A DNA stretch of 64,000 bases from Cyanophora paradoxa CCMP329. Its lineage: Eukaryota > Plantae > Glaucophyta. The notes below the pieces were generated by a model. The model was not told the origin of the DNA. It saw only the letters and a program-made list of their open reading frames with translations, and did not search any database. Within the stretch, counting starts at the first letter, position 1. Each line of letters opens with the position of its first letter. The translations under genes and the position numbers were made by a program. Positions 35,401 through 49,442 of the stretch are shown here, one piece after another. Location: assembly GCA_004431415.1 (NCBI GenBank), contig QPMI01000571.1:1-64000 (forward strand). The letters are read 5' to 3'.

Positions 35401-38400
35401 AGACGCCGACACTGAGATAGTCCTTGGGGAACCCGATCTGGGGGCCGGTGAACGAGCCCACCGGTGTCGTCCAGCGGTAGGCAACCTGTTGAGCCCGGCC
35501 CCGCATTATAATCAATATCTCAAAGCATTACTGGGAAATAGTATCGAAGCGGAACAGTAACGCACGTCGCCGGAGTCGGACTTCTCGCCTTCGCACGTGT
35601 CGATCTTCGCGCGGGCAACCACAACAGTCGGGACGTTGCGGCGCGTCTTCACGCGGGTCGAGCCGTCCGAGATGCCGCTCAGCGTGACCATGGGGACGTT
35701 CATCGACAGCTTCTCGAACTGCGAAAAGCGGTTGTCAGCTAATCCAAGTCTGGAGAATTAATTATCTAGAAGGGAACGATTGTGGAAGCGCACGGTTAGC
35801 GTTGCCGATGACTGTTGATCCGAGCGCGCGAAGCGTGCAAACGTCAGCTTCAATGGCGATAGGGTTTGCAAGCATTCAGCAGAGTTCGCTCACCGACTTC
35901 TTGAAGCGGTTCGTCGCGTCGAAGCGAAGGCGGTAGTTGCCGGCAGCGAGAGCAGCGGGGAAGGTGCAGCTGCCATCAAGCGTGCAGTTGGCCAGGATAT
36001 TGGTGAGGCTCTGCGGCGCCTCCTCGACGGTCCAGCCCTGCAGCATGACTCAGAAGCAATACCGGCCCGGCGGCGGTGCAGGTGCGCACGCTGCTGATCA
36101 AGCCGCCCGCGACGCCAGTCACAGCGACGCGGACGGTGAATGGCGAGCACGAGCCGATCTTCGACGGCGCCTGCCGCGGCCTCTCAGCGTCTAGTCTAGA
36201 GCGACATCTTCTCAACTTCAGCGCTGGCGAACCTGAATGGCGATCTGCGGACTCTGTACGATGTCAGGCTCAGCAATGGTGGCGTTGGATTCCAGCGCTT
36301 CGGAGGTCTGCAGTGCATCGCTGCTCGCGATCGGGTACGGGATCGTTAAATAGCGCAAGACATCTTTAAATGCAGTGCGTCCAGATTCAAACCTCACTGC
36401 GCCCGGGAGAATGCGAATGACGTCACCCGGGACCACGGTCGCGCCCGCGCCAATCGTGATCAGAACGCTCTTGTCGTCAATCCACGAGCAGCGCGGCCTC
36501 TCTCCCAGAGTGGAGTTAGGCGAAGACAGCGCCATGATGCGGGCGCAGTCAGCGGCACCCTGGAACCTGCCGCAATGAAGGTTAACTTTACTGCTCTCGG
36601 CGTGTGCATTCAAGCGCACCCGGCGCGATCGGTGGGCAAGTCGAAAGTGGCGGCGATCTGATTGCCGACGCGGGTGAACTTGGCCGACTGGAGCTTGGGC
36701 GGCACGGAGTTGAGGGCGGGAAGTATGAAGACGGGGAAGGGCGAGCCGGCGATGTGCTGCAGGCCGCCGTACGAGTCCAGCAGAACGTTCACCAGCGAGG
36801 AGCCGCGCGGAACGATCGAGAACTTGACCTTGTACTCTCCGCCGCCAACTTCGGTGACTGAGGACGTCAGACACGGCGGCACGTTTGCCGAGCGCCCGCA
36901 GACGTCGCGCCTGCAAGCGCAGCATCTCGTGGTTAAAACCGATGGCGGCGCTCTAATTCATCAATCTGGTTCGTGCTCTCACCGTCCTGGGGGCGGGGCG
37001 CCGCCGTATGAGACGACGAACTTTGCTCCCGTTACGGGGTCGCCCTTGGCGTTCTTTGCGAGGACCTTGAATTCGTACTCCTGGAGCGACCGCAGCTCCG
37101 TTCCGGCGGACTGCGGGCCGCCGGACTCGCAGTTCTCGGCGACCGCTGCCGTCTCCGGCACATCGTCTCGCGCTCCCATCACGAAAACGCTCATCTGCGC
37201 GCAGATAAATCAGAATAAGCCGTGTGCAGGGCGAACGGCGTGACGCTTGGACGTCGACCTTGTGCTCCATCAAGAACCCATCGCTGGTGGAGACGGCGAA
37301 GGTGAAGGACCGCAGACCTTCGCGCCCGAATTATTTATATATATTAGTTCGGGCTTTTGCGAAATTATTGCATAGTTTGGAAATCGAACCCGGGGCTAGG
37401 CCGGCGAACTCGAAGTTCGCCTCCAGAGTGTCGTACTTCGTGGCGATCTGCCCCTTCGAATTGGTGGGGTCCTCCGGAAGCTCGGCGTTGAATTGAATGA
37501 GGCCGGCGCGCTCCTTCGAGATCTTGAGCCACTGCTGGTCGGCGGCCAGCGGCGGAGACGCGGAAGTAAGCGCCAATCGACCTATTTCGGAATTCGAAGT
37601 CAAATCGCGCAGCGCACGCATCAAACGATTGCATGGCCATGGCTCTACCTTCAACGGAGGCGAAAAGGACGCTTTCGCCGTAGTAGGTGTAGGTGCTGCC
37701 GCCGCCGCCGAGCAGGCGCCCGTTCACGGCGTACTCGACGGGCCTCTCGCGCAGCGTGTCGTAGAGCACGCCGGAGCGGAGGGTCATGTTCTTGATCGCG
37801 GTCGGGTCGACGACGAGCTCGCCGTACATGGACGGGCCGCCGTAGAACGCGGGGCCGGCGAGGGACGGGAACCGCGGCTGGAAGGCCGCAGCGACGGGCA
37901 CGACGGACGTGACGGCGGGGTCCGACGCGGTGATCACGAGGGCCGAGTAGTACGTTGGCGTCAGCGGGTCCGTCATCCCGACGCCGAGGACGCGGATCTT
38001 TACGGTCTGCGCCCGGTACGAGTGAGCGAGACGAGCAAGTGTGCATAATTTGGCCGCAGAGCATGCGCGCGCGTGCGCACCGCCGTGCCGCCTGCTGGGA
38101 TCGTATTGTCCGAGGGCATCTCGACGGTCGCCTTCAGGAAGAATTGCGGGCCGCTCTTTGCGAGAGACAGAGGCAGCGACGCATAGCCGTCAGCAGATTG
38201 CTTTGCGACGAGGTCGAGGATCGGCCGCGTATAAACCTGCGTCCTGCGCATGCATATGCCCAGACGTCGACGACGTCTCTACATTAGAGGTCTCTCAAGA
38301 CACGAGATCTAGAGGCTTCGGCTACAACGCACCTGAACGCTCCAGACACCGGACTGGGTGGCATCATGGACGAAGCGAGCGACTCGGGCGAGCCTGGCCC

Positions 38401-41400
38401 CAAGTCGCGCGGCGAGGCCCAAACACCGGACAAGGCGGCCTGGAAAGTGACGGCCCCGGACGTCGGGTTGGAGATGGTCACCTCCTGCTCCGTCGCCACG
38501 CCCATCTTCGCGTAGATGAAGGGGTGGCGTTGCACGCTGCTGCCACCTGCTCGGAGAACGCTGATCATGAGATCGGAGAACGGGCAGGCTCCCATGCCCG
38601 TATGCATATGGCACGTGCGCACCGACCACGTAATGCCGGATCGACACGACGCCGTTGAGAGCGTCGGCCGCGCTGGACGTGAAGGTGATTTTCGCAGTGT
38701 AGGGGCCAGGCGCGAGAGAGCTGGTGTCCACTTCCACGAGCAAAGAGTAGTAGTAGTGCTTCTTCGCATCGGCTGTGACCGTTCCGCTCGTCCCGAGGAG
38801 CTCCCGAATGGGATTGGTGTAGTATATGTAATTATAATCGCTCCACGCTTCTCTCCGGAGAAGGGAAATCTGCATAATCGCAGGAAGCCGCTCATGGTGA
38901 GATATCGCACGTGCACGAATTCGAACGAATCGCTCCATGCGCACCTTGATCCACCCGCTGTCGCTAGTGATAGAGAACGTCCCAGCGAAGTCCATCGGCA
39001 GCACGCAGCTTCCGATTGCAAACTTCGAGAAGACCTGCGGCCTGCTCGCGCTGTTGTTGAAGAATGTCCCGAGTCCCGTGTCTTTGAGGCTGTTGTACTC
39101 CAGATTGTCGTTCGATTTCGACGTCACGTAGCTAAAGAGCGTAGGGGGGCTGTACGAATCCACGAACGAGTCGATCTTCTGAACGGAGCAGAGATGCGGG
39201 CTGGCCGATGACGGAGCTCCGAGGTCGTGGTTGCGCAGGGTCCGCCCTCCAGCTTGAGCTCGCTGGCTCGCCGGAACCGCAGAGCCAGTAACCGGCGACG
39301 CGACGCCTCCATGATCAATCGATATCGGCTCGAGGCCGGGAGTGCCGAGCGAAGGATGCAGGCGAATAAGCGAATAGCCGACGCGCTTTTCCAGTTCCTG
39401 CAACAGCTCCTCCTCCGTTGGCGGAGCTTTCTCGACTGGCGAACCCGACGAAGACTGGGACCTGGAGGTAGTACTCGCGCTCCCGCCTTCTTGCGCCGCA
39501 GTTCGTGCGCTCAGATCCGATGACGCCGGCGCCGGCGCCGGCGCCGGTGCCGGTGCCGTTGCCGCTTGCACATCTAGAAGGGCCCGGGAAGTATACGTAC
39601 TCGGGCGCGGACCGCAAACGTCCGGCACCACGGAATTGGGGTCGGATCGAGAGTTGGCGATGCTCGCTGCGACGACGAAGGATTCGTCGAAATAGTTGGT
39701 CTCCGCGCACTTGATCGAGGCGACGCGCTGGACACGGAAAACGGTAGTATCACTTGTTTGCGACACGGTGGGAGGGATGTCGAGCGGGCAGTACGGGAGC
39801 CGCTTGAACACCGACTTGTCGCCAGTCAGATCCGCCGTCATTTCGATTGCGAACTCTTGGTTCGGCTGGATTTGCACGGGGTTGGACACGTTCAACGCGA
39901 TCGGGACGCGCACGAACACGTGCTCGGCCTCGGGAACCGTCTCCGTGCTCAGAGGCACGAGGCGCACGACCAGCTCCGGGATGGTGACCGTGCAGGTGAG
40001 AGCCGTTGTCCACGTGCTCGGCGTCTTCAGATAGAGGTTCGTCTTGGTGCTCCTGCCGTCCGCCAGGTAGAGTTCGACGTCGCCCATGCCGCTAGAGCCG
40101 GAAATCGACACTGAACCGCCATAGATAGGACCAGTGTTAACGTTGCTGCTCATGCGCTGCCTGAACGTGTTGCCTGAAGTGGAAACCCGCGGCCGAGTCA
40201 GCGCGCGTGCGAGCGCGAAGATCAGATCTTGTATATCATATGCATGGCCAAATTAAAGCGCAAACTCTGACCAGCGAGAAGGCCCAGAACCCGAATCCCA
40301 ACGGATATTCTGGACTCGTAGAACGGCGAAGCCGGCACCACAGTGAAGTTGGTCGCGTAGTACCCGGGCCGAAGAGTCCTCGCGTCGATTTCGAAGGGCA
40401 GGGGCGCAATTCGCGAGCGCTCGCTCACAGAACCGTAATAGTTATTCTTGTTGGATTGGAGGCTGTCCAGGCACATTGTGGTGGGATATCCCGGCGGCGT
40501 CGGCGGCGGGGAAGGGAACCGGAACGTCCCGGACGCTGTGTGGAAGCGCAGCCAAGTCGCGTTGTGCGGCCCGCTTATCGCGTAGGAGGTGGCCTGGGCC
40601 GCGCAGGAGACGGCCAGCACCAGCTCACCACCGTACTTGGTGCCCGACGCAACAGTTGCGAAAGTGCTTGACGTTCCGTACCAGTAATAATTCCCGTTCC
40701 ACATGCAGTAGTCCATGCACGATGGGGAACCGCCGCATTGCTGGAAACAGGATTGCCAATTCCCGACTGTGGGCAGCGGCCCGGAAGAGCTTGTGCTGAA
40801 CTGTAGGTAGGCACTCATAACGATAGCTGGAGACGATCGCGAACCTCGAGAGTCAGATGCGCAATTGCAACGAAAATGGACGAGCCGGGTTACTCACAGT
40901 GGAATGCCACAGCGGCCCCGCCGGCCGGCACAATCGGGTAGAAGCTGTCGGTAGTCTGGGCGAAGAGCCGGGATGCGTAGAGGCCCGGGACCGTCGGCGA
41001 GAAGACCGCGATGCCGGTGGCGAAGCCCGGGGCGGCCTCCGTGTTGGCCGGGAGGTTCAGCACGCCGGGGGAGACGGAGAGCCAGTTCCCCCCGTTGGGT
41101 ACGAGAAGCGTGGCCGTAACCGGCTTCGAAGGACTGGGGTTGGAGATCTGCGGCACAGGTTGATCGTAATCTTCTTGAAAGAACCGCAATATTTAATGTT
41201 AGAGGGGGCCGTCGAGGCACCTGGAACCCGGACGAAACTGGCGGCATGGAGGTGAAGTTCACCATCGAGATATTTGCGAAAGGATCTGCGAATGCGTGCA
41301 TTCAATTTGAGCCTCTTCATTAATCAAGCAATGCGTACTCTTCACGCTGACGACCGCGGACGCGACAGGGCCCGTGAACGTGGGGAAGTCGGGGAAGGTG

Positions 41401-44400
41401 AGGAGGAAGGTCGTGTTGTAGTCGCCAAAGTTGATCCCTGTGTCGGGGACGACGCCGATGGAGATTGCAGACATCGTATTAGGAGGGAGTGTGAAACCGG
41501 AGGCGTCGCCCGTGGCGCCGTAGCCCTGCGAGTTCAACCCCGAAGAATACGTTAACGATAGAGGTGTTATCCAGCCGACAGGTAATTTCCTTCTTACCGC
41601 CTTGAAGGTCAGCCACGGCAACTTCGGATTCGAAGTAGACGGGACGGCCCTGACGCTCGAGGGAGCCAAGGACCGCACGAGAAGCACAGCGGTGGGGGCC
41701 AGAGTGTACGGTATCGTCGCGAATGGCGCCGTCTCCTTCGTGCCGTACAAATTCCGCAAATCCGTGCAATACCCGTAGTAGCTATAGCTATTTGTAGACA
41801 ATCTGTGGCAATTCCCGGCGGAAGCGTAGCAGCCTGCGCCCGCGCAGGCCTGGACGTAGCTGCCTGCTACAGATGCGACCCGGCGCCCGTTGACCAGCGT
41901 GGTAGGGCCGCTGACGACGGCACAGTCGTCGGTGAGGCACCGGCAGGCGTCCACGGAGCACGAGCAGGAGGCGGCAGTGCCGAAACAGGAGCATTGAGGG
42001 CCCGTGGAGCTCGAGAGCGTCGAGCTGCTGGTGCAGAACTCGGGCTGGAACGTCCTCGTGTAACCACCGGCGATTACAGATGTAATAAATGGCGCTGATT
42101 GTAGCATGCGAAACGTTAACGGCAATCAGCTAGATCTAGATGAAATAAATCGAAGAGATCGTACGAGCGCACGTTTTACTTGGACGGAGAGGCGCGCGAC
42201 ACGTCCGTCGAACCTGGAATATTCGGGACAGGTGAGCGACAGATCCACGGCGTAGGATCCCGTGTCAATGACGCGATCAGAGGCGACGCCAAGCTGGAAG
42301 GAGATCGTCTCCCGCGCCGCCACTGTGATGGCGTTCGCGAGGTTCAGAACTGCACCGGTGGCCTGTTTGGGCGAATATATAATTATAACTTGAGCGAGCG
42401 ACCGGAAGCAACATCAATACACGTGCGCGAGCAATAGATGGCTTACTGATTTAATTTGGAGCCACGGCAGTGCGGGGGAGAGAGACAGGCGGATGGTGAC
42501 GGGGGTCGGGCGCGTGTTCGAGAAGAACAGAGCGGCTGCGGGCTCCGTCTGGTACGAGCGGACTTCGACGACGTAGGCGTCCTTCTCGGTGTCCTGCCGA
42601 CCCTCTGCGACGGGCAGGAAGACTTGAGCCGCCCGCACGTTCGAGCAGGGGAAGGCTGCTGTGGTATTCGGGCAGTAGCCGAAATTGTCAGTGATTCTTG
42701 CGGCAGGAAGGCTGGGGTCGACAACGGTGATGCCCCCTCCGGTCGTTCTCCAGCCCCAGCTGCCGTGACACGTCCATCGGAAGCCCGGTTCAGCATCGTA
42801 GTAATTGTACGGGTATCCGCCGTACACATCGTAGATAGATTTGCGCTCCGCGTAACACAGGTAAGCGTCAGGATCGGTTGGGGGTGCTGGGCGCGATGTG
42901 AAATCAAAGCTCGCTGTTTGTGGTGACGAATACATCTCGAGCTGGCAAGTGGCACCGAAGCACACGCGGCCTGGGCCAGTGACGCGGCCGCTTGCGGCAG
43001 TGAGAGGCCCGCTGGACACCGCGCAGTTGGCTTCCAAGCACGCGCATCTGGAGTAGCCGCACGAACACGCTTCGGCTGGACCATAGCAGAAGCACTGCTT
43101 CCCCTCAAAGTTGAGGGCTGCATTGCTGGAGCACACGGGTGCCTGAAGAAGCGAGAGTGCGACGGGAGGCCGAACGGCAAAAGGCCTTCTGACGTCCATC
43201 ACAGGGTGCACGGATGAGACAACGCCAGCAGAGTCGCGGCGGAAAGCAGACAGGGCAACGGGATTCGCCGTGAGTTTCAGCTCTGTTTTCGCCATGCCAA
43301 TGCTGAGATCGCTCTGATCGGCCCGCATGTAAACGTCAACGACCCTGCGCGTTGTTGGAAGAGGGGTTAGCGCCTCCAAGCTCGGCTGTTGTGTTCAATT
43401 ATAATGTGTGGGCGGGCGCACGCGGCCTGCATGGGCGCCAAGGTCCCGCTCGACGGAGAAAATGTGAGCCACGGAGCCGCAGAGCCCGCACCAAGCGACC
43501 AGGTGACCGCCTGCCTCCCGTAATTGATGAATACAAGTCCGTCGCTCCTGCTCATTATCAGCTCGGTTAGCTCATGTCGACCTTCATGATCAGCACCGGC
43601 GGCAAGATCTGGATGTGCCGACCTTTCAGGGACATCGGATCCGGCCAAGGTCTCTGCATAGAATTTGGTAGAGGTGATGTTGCATTCAATCGGGAGCTTC
43701 GCGCTATCAAGCACGATATTGGATCGTAGACAGCTTTGAAGGCTGTCCACTGAAGCGTTTCGAGGGGCGCCTCCATGCATGATACCTGAGAAGGTATGAT
43801 ATCGATATCTAGAGATATGCCCCTTAAAGGATCTGTGAGCATGTGAACCTTTCACGACGAATCGGAAGAGCTGAGGCTCGGCGACCGCCCCCGCCAGCGG
43901 CGCCTCCGGATCGTTGGTGGCAATGGTGAGCTTTGCGTTGGCCAGGGCCCACGTGTTCGCTTCCAGAGCTCCTAGCTTGCGCGTGGAGCTGGAGTACTGG
44001 CTCCGGGATCCTTTGGGAGAAAAGTATTTGTCTATGTCAGAATCGGCCAGTGGCAGAGCGGACAGCGGAACACCTGCGCTGCCCGTCAGACGGAGTTGCA
44101 AAAAAATTAATATAACATATATGATTAATCGCCTGCTTACCAGCGACATTGTACGAATACTGAATAAAGCCCTCGGAGCCCGGAGCGACTGTCACGGAAG
44201 CGGGGCTGAAAGTGATTCGGGCGTCGTTCGAGGAAGGAGTGAAGGTCGTCGACCGATCGGGCCGCGGGTTGCGTATCTTAATTTGCCCAGCAACAGCGGC
44301 ATCAGCTGCGCCACTCAGCAGAGTAAGAGGAAATTCGATATCTGAAGCGAATTTCACGCTGCCGGCGCACCTGCTGAGACGATGGCCTGCAGGGTCAGGC

Positions 44401-47400
44401 CTGCGTCCCGTTTCTCCCAGTTCGTCAGAATCTGATCGGAGAAGTATCCATCCGTGCTCGATCCGGCAGTTAGGGTCGCGTTGTAGCCTGCGGCGACTTC
44501 ATACCCTGCAATTGCAGCCCGGAATCATTTTTTGTGGTGCCCATTTAAGCTATTCAATAAAGTTTGCACAAAATTAATTAGCCCACCGATGCGAAGAGCG
44601 TACAGCCAGAACGCCATTTGATAGTTCTTGAAGCTGAAGCTTGGGGCCGAGTACGAAACGCTCAGACGGCCGGCGTGGTTGCCGGGGGGGAGCGAGGCGC
44701 GGGGCCGCAGAGTGATGGTGACGGAGCTGTACGAGTACGTTTCCTGGTCAAAGGAGACGGTCGAGGGCGCCGCGGAAGCCGGAATGGTTCCGGAGAGCCC
44801 CGGGCGGATGTCAGAAATGGGCGGGGCCGCGGGGGTCCTGGAGGTCCAGGTCTGCATATAGGGCCATTGGTAGCCCATGTACGGGTTGCTCGTTGAATAA
44901 TAGTACTGCTCGGGCTGGTCGATCGCTTCCTCCTTGAGACTCCAGGATAGGGTGTCGTTGAACGCAAAGTTGTGGATGGTGAAAGACGACGGCTGGAGAT
45001 TCTCAGAGGGGGTACCGATGTAGGAGGATCCCCAGCCTTTGGCCGTTGCAATTGCACCCGAACCCAGTTCAAGCGTGGTCGAAGACTTGATGTACACTGG
45101 ATTGGCGGTGGACGCCTCCGCGATTCGCGGCGCGAGCTCGAGCGTGTCAATGAAGCGGCAAACGTACGCCGAGGGTGCAGTCGGGGAGACGAAGCAAGCC
45201 AAGTAGCGCCCTGAAAGAGAAATGCTTGATTAGCACCTCGAAACGCCGGCTGCGCGCTGCTTGACGTTAATTTTGCAGCACTTGCCCATAAGAATGGGGG
45301 TGTGGCCAGCGCCGCGGTAGATCTCTGTTGACCAGCTGTAGCAACTCGAATCCTGTCATTCGTGTCATGACCAGAGGAGGAATTTGCGAACATTTCGGAG
45401 CGGCATTCGCGACCTCACCAGCACGGAGGGGTCGGAGTACCGCGTTACGGGATCGTCGGGAATATCGAACCGAGGCCACTTTGTCGCTCTCCGCACGGCG
45501 CCGGGAACATTAAAGAGCCTCGGATCGAAGCTGCGACAGCTCACCGTCAGCATTCACGTGTTTTCCTAATTTGATCCTTATGATAGATCTCTGATTTATG
45601 GCTCTGCGCCTGGTCTCAGCTCAAGTTGCAATGCACGCACCTGATCTCTCTTGAGACAAGCTTGTCAAGAGTCGACTTGGGGACGACGTCAGCCCAGACT
45701 GCGGAAGCCAAAGCGAGAGCCGCTTAAGCAGAGCTCAATTAAAAACGAAAAGTAAAAGAGCAATTAAAGCACTGAGGTAAAGATCCTTGGATCCGCAGAA
45801 GGCTTTCTCCGGGGTGGCCTGTGCCCACGAGAACAGTTCGGGGCCCGCGATGCGCGCGTCCGTGTGCACTTGCAGGCTCAAGTACATAGTGGCATAACCA
45901 AGTTTATAGCTCGAAGTGGTACTGAAGCGGACGTTCAGGCTCGAGGCTTCGGCCTGAGGTCTGGCCGTGGCTGTGCAGAGCTCGAGGTCAGCGTCAAATA
46001 CCGCATATCGATTAATATTGCAAAGCGATATCGATATCGATATCGCGATCGAGCTCACGGGTCTTGAATATGCGGTCGACGTCGACCGAGAAGAAGGAGA
46101 AGGCGAGGGGCACGCCGTCCGTCGCCCGCGCCGCAATTAGCATCTTGAGCCCGGGCATGCACGGACGCTCGCACATCTTGTACCTGTATCTGCGCGTGCG
46201 CATGGGCTTCAAGATTCACGAACGCGCCCGTCGCTAGGTCCAGAACCGCACGCACTCCCTCTGTGCGTTGTTTAGGCCGCCCGAGACCGTCAGCCGAGCG
46301 TCGTCGACCGTGTAGGACAGGGGCCCCGTCGACGTCGTCATTGTGCCGATGTAGGCGAAGCACCTTCGCGCGAAAAAGAGAGGAGTATCAATACAGTACT
46401 AGAAGGCGCGCAGAATTTGAATTTTGATTTGAGTTCTGTGCACGTGCTCACATTGAGTTGCGGCCTTGGTTGGCGTAAACGAGGCGCGAGCTGAAGTTCA
46501 GCGCGCGAGCGAGGAGGAGCCCGCCGCCAAATCCGGGGGCCCCCGCCGAGTGGCCCTCGATAGCGCGGACGAAGGCTGCAGCGTTCTCCGCCTGAAAGTC
46601 GTCTGCATAGGAATCGCAGTACTCGCCGTGGTGGTAGTCGTCGCGGTCGTTCCTGTTCGGTGAGTCTTCGACGGCCTTATGCGAAGCCTCAACCACGAAA
46701 ATGTCGACGCCGGCGGGATCGACCGACGCCAGTTCGATCTGCAGGGGCGCCGGCAACGCTTGTCATTCAATGATTATCAGCGGAGGCTTTCCATTTGCAA
46801 AAAAGCTAATAAATGATTTATGAGCCCGGAGAGCGAAGGACAGAGAACAGTTGCAGAGCTCGAGGACAGCGCTAGCATAGGATCTAGCAATTTCGCTGGC
46901 GATAAAGCTTCGGCTTGTATAATTCACCACGAGCCGGCCGGTTGCGCACGCGGATTTAGCTGCAGCACTAAAGGTTTTTGCTCACCGTCTGAGTTGAGCC
47001 GGCTGGAAAGACCGGTGCGCTGACGGCAGGTGCCGTTGCCGGCTTTGTGAAAGTTGTCGCTGGCTGCGTAGCGCTATGGTACTCTGGCACGGTGGTCAGC
47101 CGTCTTTGATATGTGGGATTTCCGGGCGGAGCATTCGGCGCACGGAAGATGATGTGAGGGTAGGAGCTTGTTGGCGTCCACGCGCTGCCTTCAAGGAGGG
47201 ACAGGAGCTGCGCGCTGGGCGACGCGGGCAGGCGCCAGTCCGCCGGAACGAGCGCGCTGCTCCATGGCACGACGATGAGGCGGAACGCGCTCGATGCGGG
47301 GAGGCTCGTCCCTTGGGAGCGAGCAGGGCTGCCGAACATGAGCGGCGTGGGGCAGATGGCGACGCCGTCGACGGCCGAGCGCCTGGCGAGCGCTCTCGAG

Positions 47401-47950
47401 CCGTTCAGGACGAGGGCGACCGAGTCGAGCCGGTATCCCGCCGTCGTCGCGGGCGCCCCGGACCCAGCGGTGGTCAACTGCAAGTCGGTCTTGTAGGTCA
47501 CGGTCGCGATGGCTCCGCGCGTGCGGACGGCGTCCAGCCGCTCCTGTGGCGTAACTGCGGGCTTCCATGCCCACGGGGCAATCGAGCTGCCGTACCGCTC
47601 CTGGAGCTCGCACAGGACAGCTACTTGCCGGACCTGCCCATGCAAAGATATCATCAGCACAAGCTTTAAGTAGGTCACGAGTCACAAGTAGGAGCAATAA
47701 AAAGGATCACAAGACACAAGCGCACCGTGCCACTCCAGTGAGCCTCTGGCGTTCCGAGCACGCTATAGTACCACCGCACGCTGGAGGAACCGGACGATAC
47801 TGCCGACCCGAAGGCGACGCCGCTCTCCACGACGACTGTCGCATCGGCCGGCGACGAAACGGGAAACAGCCCTTCCAGGCCGCACGCCGGCGAGGCCAAA
47901 CTTAAAACGAGCAGAACCGCGGCGACGGCCATCGCAGCACGCGCCGCCAT
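32495..47950 (-). CDS. Giant polycystin-1-like surface protein: signal peptide, BACON/Ig-like and Cys-rich modules, a filamin-like repeat, REJ region, GAIN/GPS and a C-terminal hydrophobic (GPI-signal-like) tail
   Basis: Signal MAARAAMAVAAVLLVLSLASPACG. BACON-like PWLTFSPSSGTL and NWLSVSPGVLNL. Filamin-like VTEVGGGEYKVKF...HIAGSPFPVFI. REJ-like PPTPGVCSVSPNKG...FDISCSG...PLRYQF...ILPRG...VDVDGAS. GPS YWNENVGRW...C...CSHLTTFAFF. Stop TAG at 32497-32495. Continuity of every exon junction was not verified. Confidence 0.8.
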
Positions 47951-48284
47951 GCTGCAGCTGGCTATCACGCGCCGGGCCGTCGATGGCGACCGCAATATCG
48001 TCTCTGCACGCGTATACGTACGTGCACGTGGGAGCGCTCCCCAATTTCCCGAGTTTGCCGCGCTGCTGTGGCGCTCAGCGCTAGGCTTGCCGGTACCGGT
48101 AGCGGCTGCTGTATAGCGGCTGCAGCTGCTGTATACTTAGCGTGCCGACGAACTTTCGAAAGCCTTGAACTTAGGCTTGAAGGCACCGTGGCACGCCCAG
48201 CGCTAACGCTAGCGGCCTCCCGCCGGGCTCCCCGGCCGCTCCCGGCGCCGGGGCCGGCGGCGATTTCGGGTGGAACCTCCGGCT

Positions 48285-49145
48285 CATGATCATGACTCAG
48301 CCTGGTAGACAGTGGTAGTCAGGACTCATTGACTCAAGGAGTCAGGTCACAGCTGCAGGGTCATCAGGTGACTGGGGAATTTTCAATTCGGGCTTTATCG
48401 TAATTTAATTTTGATATTCCGAGTCATAATTACATATCATCAGCGTCCAGTATTTTCCTGTTACACGGCAGTTGCAAGTTACTTGCAACTTGCAACTTGC
48501 CAACTTGGGGGCCCGGGCCGGCGATGAACCGTTGGCACTAACTTGGCAGTGACTTGGCAGTTTAAGTTGGCACTTGCAACTGGGGGGCCGGCGATTCGGC
48601 GGCGAAGTTGGGGCAAGTTGCAAATAAACTTGCAATCTAGACCGTCGGACAAGTAGATCATAGTATCACCATCGGAAAACTTGCAATATTATCATAGTAT
48701 CTACTATCTAGTAGATCGCTAGCTATAGAGTCTGCTGCTAGACTTGCCAGATGCAACTTGGCAAATTAAATTTTCTTTAACTTGCAAATGACGGCGAATC
48801 ACCGCGCGCCGACTCGCCCGGCCGGCGCCGCCGATCGCGACTCGCGAGTCGCGAGTCGCCGGCGTCGGGCGCCGTCGGCCCGGGCGCCCGGCCGCCGGCG
48901 ACTCTCGGCGGCGAGAGCTCGAGTCGCCGCCGGGCCGGCGACTCGCCGCCGAGTCGCCGAGTCGACGCCGACTCGCCGGCGAGTCGCCGCCGAGTCGCCG
49001 GCCGTGGGCGAGCCGCGAGAGTCGCCGACGAGTCGCCGACTCGCCGCCGATTCGGCGCCGAATCGACGACGAGTCGACGTCACGGTCGCCGGCTCGCGAG
49101 TTCGCAATGTTACCGGCAACTTACCGGTGAGTCACTGAGTCAATG
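48285..49145. repeat. Adjacent micro-palindrome patches with distinct seed words
   Basis: TCATGA/GACTCA words at 48285-48375, TTGCAA/CAAGTT/AACTTG at 48468-48790 and GAGTCG/CGACTC/GCCGGC at 48800-49140. Each word occurs in both orientations. Confidence 0.8.
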
Positions 49146-49442
49146 AATGCCCGGTCTCAGACGGACTGATCACTTTCGGCCGAAATGAGCATTCGCGGCG
49201 CGGTCAGGAGACATGACGTCATGTTCAGGTGACACTGTCACGCTAGTTAAATTGAAAACGTAGAACCTGTTGTTACAAGTTACAATTAACTTACAAGCCT
49301 TGAAGTTATAAAATTACAGTGTAGGACCCGAACGGTCCGAACCTCCAGAGTCCATACTAGTAGCTACTAGCTAGCTACAGTATACGCGCTAGTATTAGTA
49401 ATACGCCCCCAAATTAATGTGTTTTGAGTCAACTTTCAATTC

